Source: Naegleria gruberi
Taxonomy: Eukaryota
Length of the DNA stretch: 64,000 bases
Assembly (NCBI GenBank): GCA_000004985.1
Contig: GG738869.1
Strand: one strand, 5' to 3'
In this document: in pieces, positions 30,780 through 42,600 of the stretch
How the letters are laid out: each line of letters opens with the position of its first letter
Numbering within the stretch: position 1 is the first letter of the stretch
Notes under the pieces: model-generated
Seen by the model: the letters and a program-made list of their open reading frames with translations, nothing else
Databases searched by the model: none
What the model was told of the DNA's origin: nothing
Translations under genes and position numbers: made by a program

Positions 30780-32657
30780 TTATTGTTTCTTCTTTTTAGA
30801 AGGAGAAAAGTATTCTAACAAATTACTAGATTTTGATTTGGGTGTTGTTTTCTTATTAGGTGATGAATTATTCTTATTTTCAAAATGTGAATTAACATGA
30901 ACATCTATTAAACTTGGAAAACACTCCTTACCACATATTATACATTTAACTTTTCCACTTGTAATACTATTGTCATCATTAGATGATGATTGATTATTAT
31001 TACTAATAGTATTTTGAATAGTACTATTACTATTAGCACTAATAGTAATATTATTATTGGATGATGATTGATTGGAAATTAAACTTGTTGTAATATTACT
31101 ATTATTATTATTACTAGTCAATTTGGAAATATTAGGAATCTTTTCAGATAAATATCTTTGATTGTCATCATTAGCAGAAGATGATAATGTTACATTATCG
31201 GAATGACAACTGGTTTCCTTGCTTGTTTGATTAAATACTAGTAATGTATTATTGTTATTACTACTACCATTCTTATTATTACTATTATTACTATTACTAC
31301 CACTACTACTATTGGATGAATGTGTTGTTGAAATATTTAAAGATGGATAAATAAAATTAGTATAACTTAATGAAATCCATCTTAATTGTAATTTTGAATC
31401 TTTTAATAAATTTTTATCATTTACTTGTTCATATGAATCATAAATTGATGAATATTTGAGAATGGATGTTAGTTTTTTACTCATTCTCAAGACTCTAATT
31501 GAAATTTCAATTAATTGTTCAACATTTAAATATTTTTCCTTTTTTGTTTGAAATATTTTCCAAAGTTGTGAAATTGTTAAAGTTGATTGTTCTTCCTTTT
31601 CATCATCAAATCTAAATTTAAAAATTAAATTTAATGGAATTCTTGAATATTTTTGATTATTTACAAATTTTTCATATAAAAGTCCATCTTCATGAATTCT
31701 TTCAAATAATTCCATTGCTATATATGAAATTACTTTCCTAATTGAGGTATGTAAATTTGAAATATTAATGGGAGTTAAAGACATTGAAGTTGAAACTGTT
31801 TTTGGAGGTGAAGATTCTTTTACAATTTCTTCATCAATTCCATTTAATAATTTATAAACTTGTTCAAATAAATTTTCATTTTTTAATAAATTTTTAAAAT
31901 CATTTTTAGAAATTCTTGTTAATAAATCCAATACATTTTCAATTTTATAATCATTTTCTAATATATTTATAAAATCTTTTAATAAATTTGATATTTTTGG
32001 ACATTTTTTTAAAGTCAAAGTTTTAAAAATTTCATTTAAATTTCTTCCTAAAAAAATTGATTGTTTAAATGGTTTAAATTTACTTGATAAAATTTTAGAT
32101 AAAAATTTACAATGTGAAATTCCAGCAGACAATTCAAAATTTAATTTATCTTTAATACTATTCCTAATATAGAGTGTTAAATAATTTGTAAAATATAATT
32201 TCCACATGTAATCATTTAATTTTCTATTTTTTAATAATAATTCCCAATTAATTAAATTACCATTAACATCTAAACATGTATCTAAATTTTTATTTAAATA
32301 ATTTATATTACTAAATATATTATTAATTAATTCAAAATTAAATTTTTTAATATTTGAAATAAATTTAATTAAATTATTAATAGATTTAGTAACATCAATA
32401 TAAATTTCATCAATTGATGATTTTTCAATAATAAAATTCCAATATTTATAATAATTATCCATTTCCAAATTTAAATGTTTTAAAATTAAATTAAAAAATT
32501 CAAAAATAATTAAATTTTTAATTTCAGAAATAAAAATTTGATAAGAAAATTCTCTATAAAATTTATAAGTAACTTTAGTTGTATTTGGAAACATTGGAAC
32601 ATGAATTAATTTTAAATTTGGACATTTTTGTATTGCTATATTTGGTTTATCATGTTT
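30780..32657 (-). CDS. DNA polymerase eta (Y-family; Rad30/XPV-type), 5'-truncated by the assembly gap at 32658..32707.
   Basis: The minus-strand frame is open from the gap edge. It reads ...NIAIQKCPNLKLIHVP..(about 50 aa)..SIDEIYIDVT (Y-family motif III with the catalytic D/E). It continues to SAGISHCKFLSKILSSKFKPFKQSIF (compare pol eta SAGISHNKMLAKLACGLNKPNRQT). The C-terminus has a UBZ-type zinc finger, KCIICGKECFPSLIDVHVNSH, and a PIP-box-like end, SSNLLEYFSPSKKKKQ. The first catalytic motif (DxD) is missing and presumably lies in or beyond the gap. Confidence 0.75.
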   Translation of the reverse strand, partial: KHDKPNIAIQKCPNLKLIHVPMFPNTTKVTYKFYREFSYQIFISEIKNLIIFEFFNLILKHLNLEMDNYYKYWNFIIEKSSIDEIYIDVTKSINNLIKFISNIKKFNFELINNIFSNINYLNKNLDTCLDVNGNLINWELLLKNRKLNDYMWKLYFTNYLTLYIRNSIKDKLNFELSAGISHCKFLSKILSSKFKPFKQSIFLGRNLNEIFKTLTLKKCPKISNLLKDFINILENDYKIENVLDLLTRISKNDFKNLLKNENLFEQVYKLLNGIDEEIVKESSPPKTVSTSMSLTPINISNLHTSIRKVISYIAMELFERIHEDGLLYEKFVNNQKYSRIPLNLIFKFRFDDEKEEQSTLTISQLWKIFQTKKEKYLNVEQLIEISIRVLRMSKKLTSILKYSSIYDSYEQVNDKNLLKDSKLQLRWISLSYTNFIYPSLNISTTHSSNSSSGSNSNNSNNKNGSSNNNNTLLVFNQTSKETSCHSDNVTLSSSANDDNQRYLSEKIPNISKLTSNNNNSNITTSLISNQSSSNNNITISANSNSTIQNTISNNNQSSSNDDNSITSGKVKCIICGKECFPSLIDVHVNSHFENKNNSSPNKKTTPKSKSSNLLEYFSPSKKKKQ

Positions 32658-32707
32658 NNNNNNNNNNNNNNNNNNNNNNNNNNNNNNNNNNNNNNNNNNN
32701 NNNNNNN
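32658..32707. other. Assembly gap of 50 N.
   Basis: Run of N. It interrupts the 5' part of the DNA polymerase eta gene. Confidence 0.99.
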
Positions 32708-33754
32708 TCCCCTTACATTCACAATGAAATTACGCTATTTACGAACAAGATTCAATATGTTCTTTAAACTATGTACGAATAGAGTGTTTGTTGTGGAATT
32801 TTGTTATTCCATTATTATATTTAGTTTTACAATTGGATGTTTACAAAACGAGATTTTATTTTTGACTTATGTAAAACGTAAATTAAAAACTATTCGAATC
32901 GAGACTACCTTTCTCATTAAGAATCCAAAAACGTGATTTTAAATTTATCAAAACAAAATGCTAGAACACATCGCCAGGTATTTGGTGGCTTTCTTTGTGG
33001 GCTTGCAATACTGTGCACTCACGTAGTCCAATTCAAAGAAGCGGTTTCCAATATTGAAAGTATTGAATTGGCCCAATCTGAAGTTTCTATTGGTGAACAG
33101 GTTTCAAGTATTGTTGTTTCAAGTGAGCTGTCTCATAATAACGAATTAGTTTTGGTTTCGTCTCAGGAATTATCCGACATGTTTGGCAAAAAGATGAATT
33201 GTCATTGGATTAAGCAACATTTTATTTTGGATATTGTGGGGAGTTGGTAGAGATTTGGTGGAAAGATATTGGCGTTTCAAATCTTCATCCGAAAATGAAA
33301 ATTCGAAACTTCCCAATAAGGAAGGCTCAATAGAATTCGAGTTCCAATAATTGTTACTCAAAATTATGGATCTGGATGTTATGATATTCAAACATTACTC
33401 AATGAACTCAACTCTAAATGCACAAAATACAGTTTCGAATTGGTGGCCGAATCTGAGACTAATCCTCCCTACCTAATTCGATGATTCCACTCTCTACATT
33501 GTTAATGCAAAATTTTCTGAAAGTATTAACAGACCGAAAATGTACATTTGTGCTCATACTAAAAATATGCTAGAATTGAAAAGTTTACAACCATTGGAAC
33601 AATATCTTTAATCACAATTTATTCACAATAGATTATAATATAATCAATATTGTAAAAAATTAATAAAAAAATAATTGGATTTTTATAAATTTCCTTTTTA
33701 GTCAATTTGTTCTATTTTAAAAAACTTTGAAAAATCAAAAAATTTCAAAAAAAA

Positions 33755-35854
33755 ATGCAATCATTTCAATCTTCACCACCATCCGAACCTCTTCCCTCCT
33801 GCTCTTCAACCACTTGCCAATCCTGCAGAAAACTCCACAGAAAATGTGATAAACTTCTTCCGTCCTGTTCCTACTGCACAAAAAGAGGCTACGTTTGTTG
33901 TTATGAAAAAACCAGAGATGAACAATCGGTTGTAATCCGAAAAAAGAATGAAAACCCTTCGTTAAATTATCATCTCCATCATGACAATGATACAACTCTT
34001 GTAAATAATAGTAATCATCATAATAATAATAATAATTTAGTATCATCTGGATTTGATAGTAGTAGTAATAATATGATGATGGTGATGAATAATAGTAATA
34101 ATAATTTTAATGTAAATAATAATAAGCAAAATAGGTATAGATCGGTTCCTTATCAATCGACTGCTGGTTCTTCGTTGATATTTTCCTCTCAAAGAAATGA
34201 AAACAATTCTATGAATTATTCAATGATGATGAATGATTATCAACAGCAGCAGCAATCAGCAGCTTTTGTAAATATTGCAAATATGTTTAATNNNNNNNNN
34301 NNNNNNNNNNNNNNNNNNNNNNNNNNNNNNNNNNNNNNNNNNNNNNNNNNNNNNNNNNNNNNNNNNNNNNNNNNNNNNNNNNNNNNNNNNNNNNNNNNNN
34401 NNNNNNNNNNNNNNNNNNNNNNNNNNNNNNNNNNNNNNNNNNNNNNNNNNNNNNNNNNNNNNNNNNNNNNNNNNNNNNNNNNNNNNNNNNNNNNNNNNNN
34501 NNNNNNNNNNNNNNNNNNNNNNNNNNNNNNNNNNNNNNNNNNNNNNNNNNNNNNNNNNNNNNNNNNNNNNNNNNNNNNNNNNNNNNNNNNNNNNNNNNNN
34601 NNNNNNNNNNNNNNNNNNNNNNNNNNNNNNNNNNNNNNNNNNNNNNNNNNNNNNNNNNNNNNNNNNNNNNNNNNNNNNNNNNNNNNNNNNNNNNNNNNNN
34701 NNNNNNNNNNNNNNNNNNNNNNNNNNNNNNNNNNNNNNNNNNNNNNNNNNNNNNNNNNNNNNNNNNNNNNNNNNNNNNNNNNNNNNNNNNNNNNNNNNNN
34801 NNNNNNNNNNNNNNNNNNNNNNNNNNNNNNNNNNNNNNNNNNNNNNNNNNNNNNNNNNNNNNNNNNNNNNNNNNNNNNNNNNNNNNNNNNNNNNNNNNNN
34901 NNNNNNNNNNNNNNNNNNNNNNNNNNNNNNNNNNNNNNNNNNNNNNNNNNNNNNNNNNNNNNNNNNNNNNNNNNNNNNNNNNNNNNNNNNNNNNNNNNNN
35001 NNNNNNNNNNNNNNNNNNNNNNNNNNNNNNNNNNNNNNNNNNNNNNNNNNNNNNNNNNNNNNNNNNNNNNNNNNNNNNNNNNNNNNNNNNNNNNNNNNNN
35101 NNNNNNNNNNNNNNNNNNNNNNNNNNNNNNNNNNNNNNNNNNNNNNNNNNNNNNNNNNNNNNNNNNNNNNNNNNNNNNNNNNNNNNNNNNNNNNNNNNNN
35201 NNNNNNNNNNNNNNNNNNNNNNNNNNNNNNNNNNNNNNNNNNNNNNNNNNNNNNNNNNNNNNNNNNNNNNNNNNNNNNNNNNNNNNNNNNNNNNNNNNNN
35301 NNNNNNNNNNNNNNNNNNNNNNNNNNNNNNNNNNNNNNNNNNNNNNNNNNNNNNNNNNNNNNNNNNNNNNNNNNNNNNNNNNNNNNNNNNNNNNNNNNNN
35401 NNNNNNNNNNNNNNNNNNNNNNNNNNNNNNNNNNNNNNNNNNNNNNNNNNNNNNNNNGATCTATTTACAGCAGAGAAATAGTGCATCGGGAATAGAGTCA
35501 TTATTTGATTTTGGAGAGGATATCTTTTCCATAGAGTCTCTTTCCAATTCATCACCAAGCTCATCAAATTGCTCGAAAGAAAATCTAACACCACAAACCA
35601 TTTTCGATACCTATCAGTCAGATTACGCCCCACTTTTCCGAGACTTTGGTATAGATATGGAAATAGTTGATGTATTCATTGAGAATATGAGTGAACAAGA
35701 AAAATTATTTCATAATGACAAGACGAAACTAGCAGAAAAGAGAATGGAACTTGTAGAATCTTTCAAGGCAATATCTGGAAAGAAGAAGGATGTATTTGGC
35801 ATTGTAGCTTGTGAATTTTTAAAGAAACAACTTCTTTTTAATGAAAATAACTAG
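33755..35854 (+). CDS. Zn(II)2Cys6 binuclear-cluster (Gal4-type) DNA-binding protein, Asn-rich. The coding region is interrupted by the 1166-N gap (34292..35457), so length and frame continuity across the gap are unknown.
   Basis: ATG at 33755 (MQSFQSSPPSEPLPSCSSTT). It is followed by CQSCRKLHRKCDKLLPSCSYCTKRGYVCCY, which matches C-x2-C-x6-C-x6-C-x2-C-x6-C spacing. Downstream are N/M/Q-rich tracts (NNNNNN, MMMVMNN, QQQQQ). After the gap an open frame continues to a stop at 35854 (…IESLFDFGEDIFSIESLSN...KKQLLFNENN*). Confidence 0.55.
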   Translation: MQSFQSSPPSEPLPSCSSTTCQSCRKLHRKCDKLLPSCSYCTKRGYVCCYEKTRDEQSVVIRKKNENPSLNYHLHHDNDTTLVNNSNHHNNNNNLVSSGFDSSSNNMMMVMNNSNNNFNVNNNKQNRYRSVPYQSTAGSSLIFSSQRNENNSMNYSMMMNDYQQQQQSAAFVNIANMFNXXXXXXXXXXXXXXXXXXXXXXXXXXXXXXXXXXXXXXXXXXXXXXXXXXXXXXXXXXXXXXXXXXXXXXXXXXXXXXXXXXXXXXXXXXXXXXXXXXXXXXXXXXXXXXXXXXXXXXXXXXXXXXXXXXXXXXXXXXXXXXXXXXXXXXXXXXXXXXXXXXXXXXXXXXXXXXXXXXXXXXXXXXXXXXXXXXXXXXXXXXXXXXXXXXXXXXXXXXXXXXXXXXXXXXXXXXXXXXXXXXXXXXXXXXXXXXXXXXXXXXXXXXXXXXXXXXXXXXXXXXXXXXXXXXXXXXXXXXXXXXXXXXXXXXXXXXXXXXXXXXXXXXXXXXXXXXXXXXXXXXXXXXXXXXXXXXXXXXXXXXXXXXXXXXXXXXXXXXXXXXXXXXXXXIYLQQRNSASGIESLFDFGEDIFSIESLSNSSPSSSNCSKENLTPQTIFDTYQSDYAPLFRDFGIDMEIVDVFIENMSEQEKLFHNDKTKLAEKRMELVESFKAISGKKKDVFGIVACEFLKKQLLFNENN
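34292..35457. other. Assembly gap of 1166 N.
   Basis: Run of N inside the Zn2Cys6 gene. The X-only ORFs in the track (34275..35495 on the plus strand, 34287..35633 on the minus strand) are artefacts of translating N. Confidence 0.99.
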
Positions 35855-36064
35855 TTAATTACCTATATAATTTATTTTTCTAGTTCAACAAGTTGACATT
35901 TGTGAAACAATCTGAACATGTGAAAAAGATGAAATAGTTATTAATTTAAGGAATTAAGGAATTAAGAAAAGGTAGCTTTTTTAAATTTTAATTTTTATTA
36001 TTTCAATGCTTGATTGTTCAATTATTACATTAACAATATTGCACTGAAAGTGAGATTAATGGAT

Positions 36065-36694
<630 letters not shown>

Positions 36695-39600
36695 NNNNNN
36701 NNNNNNNNNNNNNNNNNNNNNNNNNNNNNNNNNNNNNNNNNNNNNNNNNNNNNNNNNNNNNNNNNNNNNNNNNNNNNNNNNNNNNNNNNNNNNNNNNNNN
36801 NNNNNNNNNNNNNNNNNNNNNNNNNNNNNNNNNNNNNNNNNNNNNNNNNNNNNNNNNNNNNNNNNNNNNNNNNNNNNNNNNNNNNNNNNNNNNNNNNNNN
36901 NNNNNNNNNNNNNNNNNNNNNNNNNNNNNNNNNNNNNNNNNNNNNNNNNNNNNNNNNNNNNNNNNNNNNNNNNNNNNNNNNNNNNNNNNNNNNNNNNNNN
37001 NNNNNNNNNNNNNNNNNNNNNNNNNNNNNNNNNNNNNNNNNNNNNNNNNNNNNNNNNNNNNNNNNNNNNNNNNNNNNNNNNNNNNNNNNNNNNNNNNNNN
37101 NNNNNNNNNNNNNNNNNNNNNNNNNNNNNNNNNNNNNNNNNNNNNNNNNNNNNNNNNNNNNNNNNNNNNNNNNNNNNNNNNNNNNNNNNNNNNNNNNNNN
37201 NNNNNNNNNNNNNNNNNNNNNNNNNNNNNNNNNNNNNNNNNNNNNNNNNNNNNNNNNNNNNNNNNNNNNNNNNNNNNNNNNNNNNNNNNNNNNNNNNNNN
37301 NNNNNNNNNNNNNNNNNNNNNNNNNNNNNNNNNNNNNNNNNNNNNNNNNNNNNNNNNNNNNNNNNNNNNNNNNNNNNNNNNNNNNNNNNNNNNNNNNNNN
37401 NNNNNNNNNNNNNNNNNNNNNNNNNNNNNNNNNNNNNNNNNNNNNNNNNNNNNNNNNNNNNNNNNNNNNNNNNNNNNNNNNNNNNNNNNNNNNNNNNNNN
37501 NNNNNNNNNNNNNNNNNNNNNNNNNNNNNNNNNNNNNNNNNNNNNNNNNNNNNNNNNNNNNNNNNNNNNNNNNNNNNNNNNNNNNNNNNNNNNNNNNNNN
37601 NNNNNNNNNNNNNNNNNNNNNNNNNNNNNNNNNNNNNNNNNNNNNNNNNNNNNNNNNNNNNNNNNNNNNNNNNNNNNNNNNNNNNNNNNNNNNNNNNNNN
37701 NNNNNNNNNNNNNNNNNNNNNNNNNNNNNNNNNNNNNNNNNNNNNNNNNNNNNNNNNNNNNNNNNNNNNNNNNNNNNNNNNNNNNNNNNNNNNNNNNNNN
37801 NNNNNNNNNNNNNNNNNNNNNNNNNNNNNNNNNNNNNNNNNNNNNNNNNNNNNNNNNNNNNNNNNNNNNNNNNNNNNNNNNNNNNNNNNNNNNNNNNNNN
37901 NNNNNNNNNNNNNNNNNNNNNNNNNNNNNNNNNNNNNNNNNNNNNNNNNNNNNNNNNNNNNNNNNNNNNNNNNNNNNNNNNNNNNNNNNNNNNNNNNNNN
38001 NNNNNNNNNNNNNNNNNNNNNNNNNNNNNNNNNNNNNNNNNNNNNNNNNNNNNNNNNNNNNNNNNNNNNNNNNNNNNNNNNNNNNNNNNNNNNNNNNNNN
38101 NNNNNNNNNNNNNNNNNNNNNNNNNNNNNNNNNNNNNNNNNNNNNNNNNNNNNNNNNNNNNNNNNNNNNNNNNNNNNNNNNNNNNNNNNNNNNNNNNNNN
38201 NNNNNNNNNNNNNNNNNNNNNNNNNNNNNNNNNNNNNNNNNNNNNNNNNNNNNNNNNNNNNNNNNNNNNNNNNNNNNNNNNNNNNNNNNNNNNNNNNNNN
38301 NNNNNNNNNNNNNNNNNNNNNNNNNNNNNNNNNNNNNNNNNNNNNNNNNNNNNNNNNNNNNNNNNNNNNNNNNNNNNNNNNNNNNNNNNNNNNNNNNNNN
38401 NNNNNNNNNNNNNNNNNNNNNNNNNNNNNNNNNNNNNNNNNNNNNNNNNNNNNNNNNNNNNNNNNNNNNNNNNNNNNNNNNNNNNNNNNNNNNNNNNNNN
38501 NNNNNNNNNNNNNNNNNNNNNNNNNNNNNNNNNNNNNNNNNNNNNNNNNNNNNNNNNNNNNNNNNNNNNNNNNNNNNNNNNNNNNNNNNNNNNNNNNNNN
38601 NNNNNNNNNNNNNNNNNNNNNNNNNNNNNNNNNNNNNNNNNNNNNNNNNNNNNNNNNNNNNNNNNNNNNNNNNNNNNNNNNNNNNNNNNNNNNNNNNNNN
38701 NNNNNNNNNNNNNNNNNNNNNNNNNNNNNNNNNNNNNNNNNNNNNNNNNNNNNNNNNNNNNNNNNNNNNNNNNNNNNNNNNNNNNNNNNNNNNNNNNNNN
38801 NNNNNNNNNNNNNNNNNNNNNNNNNNNNNNNNNNNNNNNNNNNNNNNNNNNNNNNNNNNNNNNNNNNNNNNNNNNNNNNNNNNNNNNNNNNNNNNNNNNN
38901 NNNNNNNNNNNNNNNNNNNNNNNNNNNNNNNNNNNNNNNNNNNNNNNNNNNNNNNNNNNNNNNNNNNNNNNNNNNNNNNNNNNNNNNNNNNNNNNNNNNN
39001 NNNNNNNNNNNNNNNNNNNNNNNNNNNNNNNNNNNNNNNNNNNNNNNNNNNNNNNNNNNNNNNNNNNNNNNNNNNNNNNNNNNNNNNNNNNNNNNNNNNN
39101 NNNNNNNNNNNNNNNNNNNNNNNNNNNNNNNNNNNNNNNNNNNNNNNNNNNNNNNNNNNNNNNNNNNNNNNNNNNNNNNNNNNNNNNNNNNNNNNNNNNN
39201 NNNNNNNNNNNNNNNNNNNNNNNNNNNNNNNNNNNNNNNNNNNNNNNNNNNNNNNNNNNNNNNNNNNNNNNNNNNNNNNNNNNNNNNNNNNNNNNNNNNN
39301 NNNNNNNNNNNNNNNNNNNNNNNNNNNNNNNNNNNNNNNNNNNNNNNNNNNNNNNNNNNNNNNNNNNNNNNNNNNNNNNNNNNNNNNNNNNNNNNNNNNN
39401 NNNNNNNNNNNNNNNNNNNNNNNNNNNNNNNNNNNNNNNNNNNNNNNNNNNNNNNNNNNNNNNNNNNNNNNNNNNNNNNNNNNNNNNNNNNNNNNNNNNN
39501 NNNNNNNNNNNNNNNNNNNNNNNNNNNNNNNNNNNNNNNNNNNNNNNNNNNNNNNNNNNNNNNNNNNNNNNNNNNNNNNNNNNNNNNNNNNNNNNNNNNN

Positions 39601-42600
39601 NNNNNNNNNNNNNNNNNNNNNNNNNNNNNNNNNNNNNNNNNNNNNNNNNNNNNNNNNNNNNNNNNNNNNNNNNNNNNNNNNNNNNNNNNNNNNNNNNNNN
39701 NNNNNNNNNNNNNNNNNNNNNNNNNNNNNNNNNNNNNNNNNNNNNNNNNNNNNNNNNNNNNNNNNNNNNNNNNNNNNNNNNNNNNNNNNNNNNNNNNNNN
39801 NNNNNNNNNNNNNNNNNNNNNNNNNNNNNNNNNNNNNNNNNNNNNNNNNNNNNNNNNNNNNNNNNNNNNNNNNNNNNNNNNNNNNNNNNNNNNNNNNNNN
39901 NNNNNNNNNNNNNNNNNNNNNNNNNNNNNNNNNNNNNNNNNNNNNNNNNNNNNNNNNNNNNNNNNNNNNNNNNNNNNNNNNNNNNNNNNNNNNNNNNNNN
40001 NNNNNNNNNNNNNNNNNNNNNNNNNNNNNNNNNNNNNNNNNNNNNNNNNNNNNNNNNNNNNNNNNNNNNNNNNNNNNNNNNNNNNNNNNNNNNNNNNNNN
40101 NNNNNNNNNNNNNNNNNNNNNNNNNNNNNNNNNNNNNNNNNNNNNNNNNNNNNNNNNNNNNNNNNNNNNNNNNNNNNNNNNNNNNNNNNNNNNNNNNNNN
40201 NNNNNNNNNNNNNNNNNNNNNNNNNNNNNNNNNNNNNNNNNNNNNNNNNNNNNNNNNNNNNNNNNNNNNNNNNNNNNNNNNNNNNNNNNNNNNNNNNNNN
40301 NNNNNNNNNNNNNNNNNNNNNNNNNNNNNNNNNNNNNNNNNNNNNNNNNNNNNNNNNNNNNNNNNNNNNNNNNNNNNNNNNNNNNNNNNNNNNNNNNNNN
40401 NNNNNNNNNNNNNNNNNNNNNNNNNNNNNNNNNNNNNNNNNNNNNNNNNNNNNNNNNNNNNNNNNNNNNNNNNNNNNNNNNNNNNNNNNNNNNNNNNNNN
40501 NNNNNNNNNNNNNNNNNNNNNNNNNNNNNNNNNNNNNNNNNNNNNNNNNNNNNNNNNNNNNNNNNNNNNNNNNNNNNNNNNNNNNNNNNNNNNNNNNNNN
40601 NNNNNNNNNNNNNNNNNNNNNNNNNNNNNNNNNNNNNNNNNNNNNNNNNNNNNNNNNNNNNNNNNNNNNNNNNNNNNNNNNNNNNNNNNNNNNNNNNNNN
40701 NNNNNNNNNNNNNNNNNNNNNNNNNNNNNNNNNNNNNNNNNNNNNNNNNNNNNNNNNNNNNNNNNNNNNNNNNNNNNNNNNNNNNNNNNNNNNNNNNNNN
40801 NNNNNNNNNNNNNNNNNNNNNNNNNNNNNNNNNNNNNNNNNNNNNNNNNNNNNNNNNNNNNNNNNNNNNNNNNNNNNNNNNNNNNNNNNNNNNNNNNNNN
40901 NNNNNNNNNNNNNNNNNNNNNNNNNNNNNNNNNNNNNNNNNNNNNNNNNNNNNNNNNNNNNNNNNNNNNNNNNNNNNNNNNNNNNNNNNNNNNNNNNNNN
41001 NNNNNNNNNNNNNNNNNNNNNNNNNNNNNNNNNNNNNNNNNNNNNNNNNNNNNNNNNNNNNNNNNNNNNNNNNNNNNNNNNNNNNNNNNNNNNNNNNNNN
41101 NNNNNNNNNNNNNNNNNNNNNNNNNNNNNNNNNNNNNNNNNNNNNNNNNNNNNNNNNNNNNNNNNNNNNNNNNNNNNNNNNNNNNNNNNNNNNNNNNNNN
41201 NNNNNNNNNNNNNNNNNNNNNNNNNNNNNNNNNNNNNNNNNNNNNNNNNNNNNNNNNNNNNNNNNNNNNNNNNNNNNNNNNNNNNNNNNNNNNNNNNNNN
41301 NNNNNNNNNNNNNNNNNNNNNNNNNNNNNNNNNNNNNNNNNNNNNNNNNNNNNNNNNNNNNNNNNNNNNNNNNNNNNNNNNNNNNNNNNNNNNNNNNNNN
41401 NNNNNNNNNNNNNNNNNNNNNNNNNNNNNNNNNNNNNNNNNNNNNNNNNNNNNNNNNNNNNNNNNNNNNNNNNNNNNNNNNNNNNNNNNNNNNNNNNNNN
41501 NNNNNNNNNNNNNNNNNNNNNNNNNNNNNNNNNNNNNNNNNNNNNNNNNNNNNNNNNNNNNNNNNNNNNNNNNNNNNNNNNNNNNNNNNNNNNNNNNNNN
41601 NNNNNNNNNNNNNNNNNNNNNNNNNNNNNNNNNNNNNNNNNNNNNNNNNNNNNNNNNNNNNNNNNNNNNNNNNNNNNNNNNNNNNNNNNNNNNNNNNNNN
41701 NNNNNNNNNNNNNNNNNNNNNNNNNNNNNNNNNNNNNNNNNNNNNNNNNNNNNNNNNNNNNNNNNNNNNNNNNNNNNNNNNNNNNNNNNNNNNNNNNNNN
41801 NNNNNNNNNNNNNNNNNNNNNNNNNNNNNNNNNNNNNNNNNNNNNNNNNNNNNNNNNNNNNNNNNNNNNNNNNNNNNNNNNNNNNNNNNNNNNNNNNNNN
41901 NNNNNNNNNNNNNNNNNNNNNNNNNNNNNNNNNNNNNNNNNNNNNNNNNNNNNNNNNNNNNNNNNNNNNNNNNNNNNNNNNNNNNNNNNNNNNNNNNNNN
42001 NNNNNNNNNNNNNNNNNNNNNNNNNNNNNNNNNNNNNNNNNNNNNNNNNNNNNNNNNNNNNNNNNNNNNNNNNNNNNNNNNNNNNNNNNNNNNNNNNNNN
42101 NNNNNNNNNNNNNNNNNNNNNNNNNNNNNNNNNNNNNNNNNNNNNNNNNNNNNNNNNNNNNNNNNNNNNNNNNNNNNNNNNNNNNNNNNNNNNNNNNNNN
42201 NNNNNNNNNNNNNNNNNNNNNNNNNNNNNNNNNNNNNNNNNNNNNNNNNNNNNNNNNNNNNNNNNNNNNNNNNNNNNNNNNNNNNNNNNNNNNNNNNNNN
42301 NNNNNNNNNNNNNNNNNNNNNNNNNNNNNNNNNNNNNNNNNNNNNNNNNNNNNNNNNNNNNNNNNNNNNNNNNNNNNNNNNNNNNNNNNNNNNNNNNNNN
42401 NNNNNNNNNNNNNNNNNNNNNNNNNNNNNNNNNNNNNNNNNNNNNNNNNNNNNNNNNNNNNNNNNNNNNNNNNNNNNNNNNNNNNNNNNNNNNNNNNNNN
42501 NNNNNNNNNNNNNNNNNNNNNNNNNNNNNNNNNNNNNNNNNNNNNNNNNNNNNNNNNNNNNNNNNNNNNNNNNNNNNNNNNNNNNNNNNNNNNNNNNNNN

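Noticed and set aside
32933-33250. 105-aa plus-strand ORF in the GC-richer block (also the 33170..33391 minus ORF and the 32628..32936 plus ORF).
   Set aside because: It begins at GTG. The first in-frame ATG gives only a short peptide, and there is no recognisable domain. It is more likely non-coding promoter, repeat or ncRNA sequence. See the finding on 32708..33740.
34275-35633. Long ORFs consisting of X residues.
   Set aside because: These are translations of the N-gap (34292..35457), not sequence.
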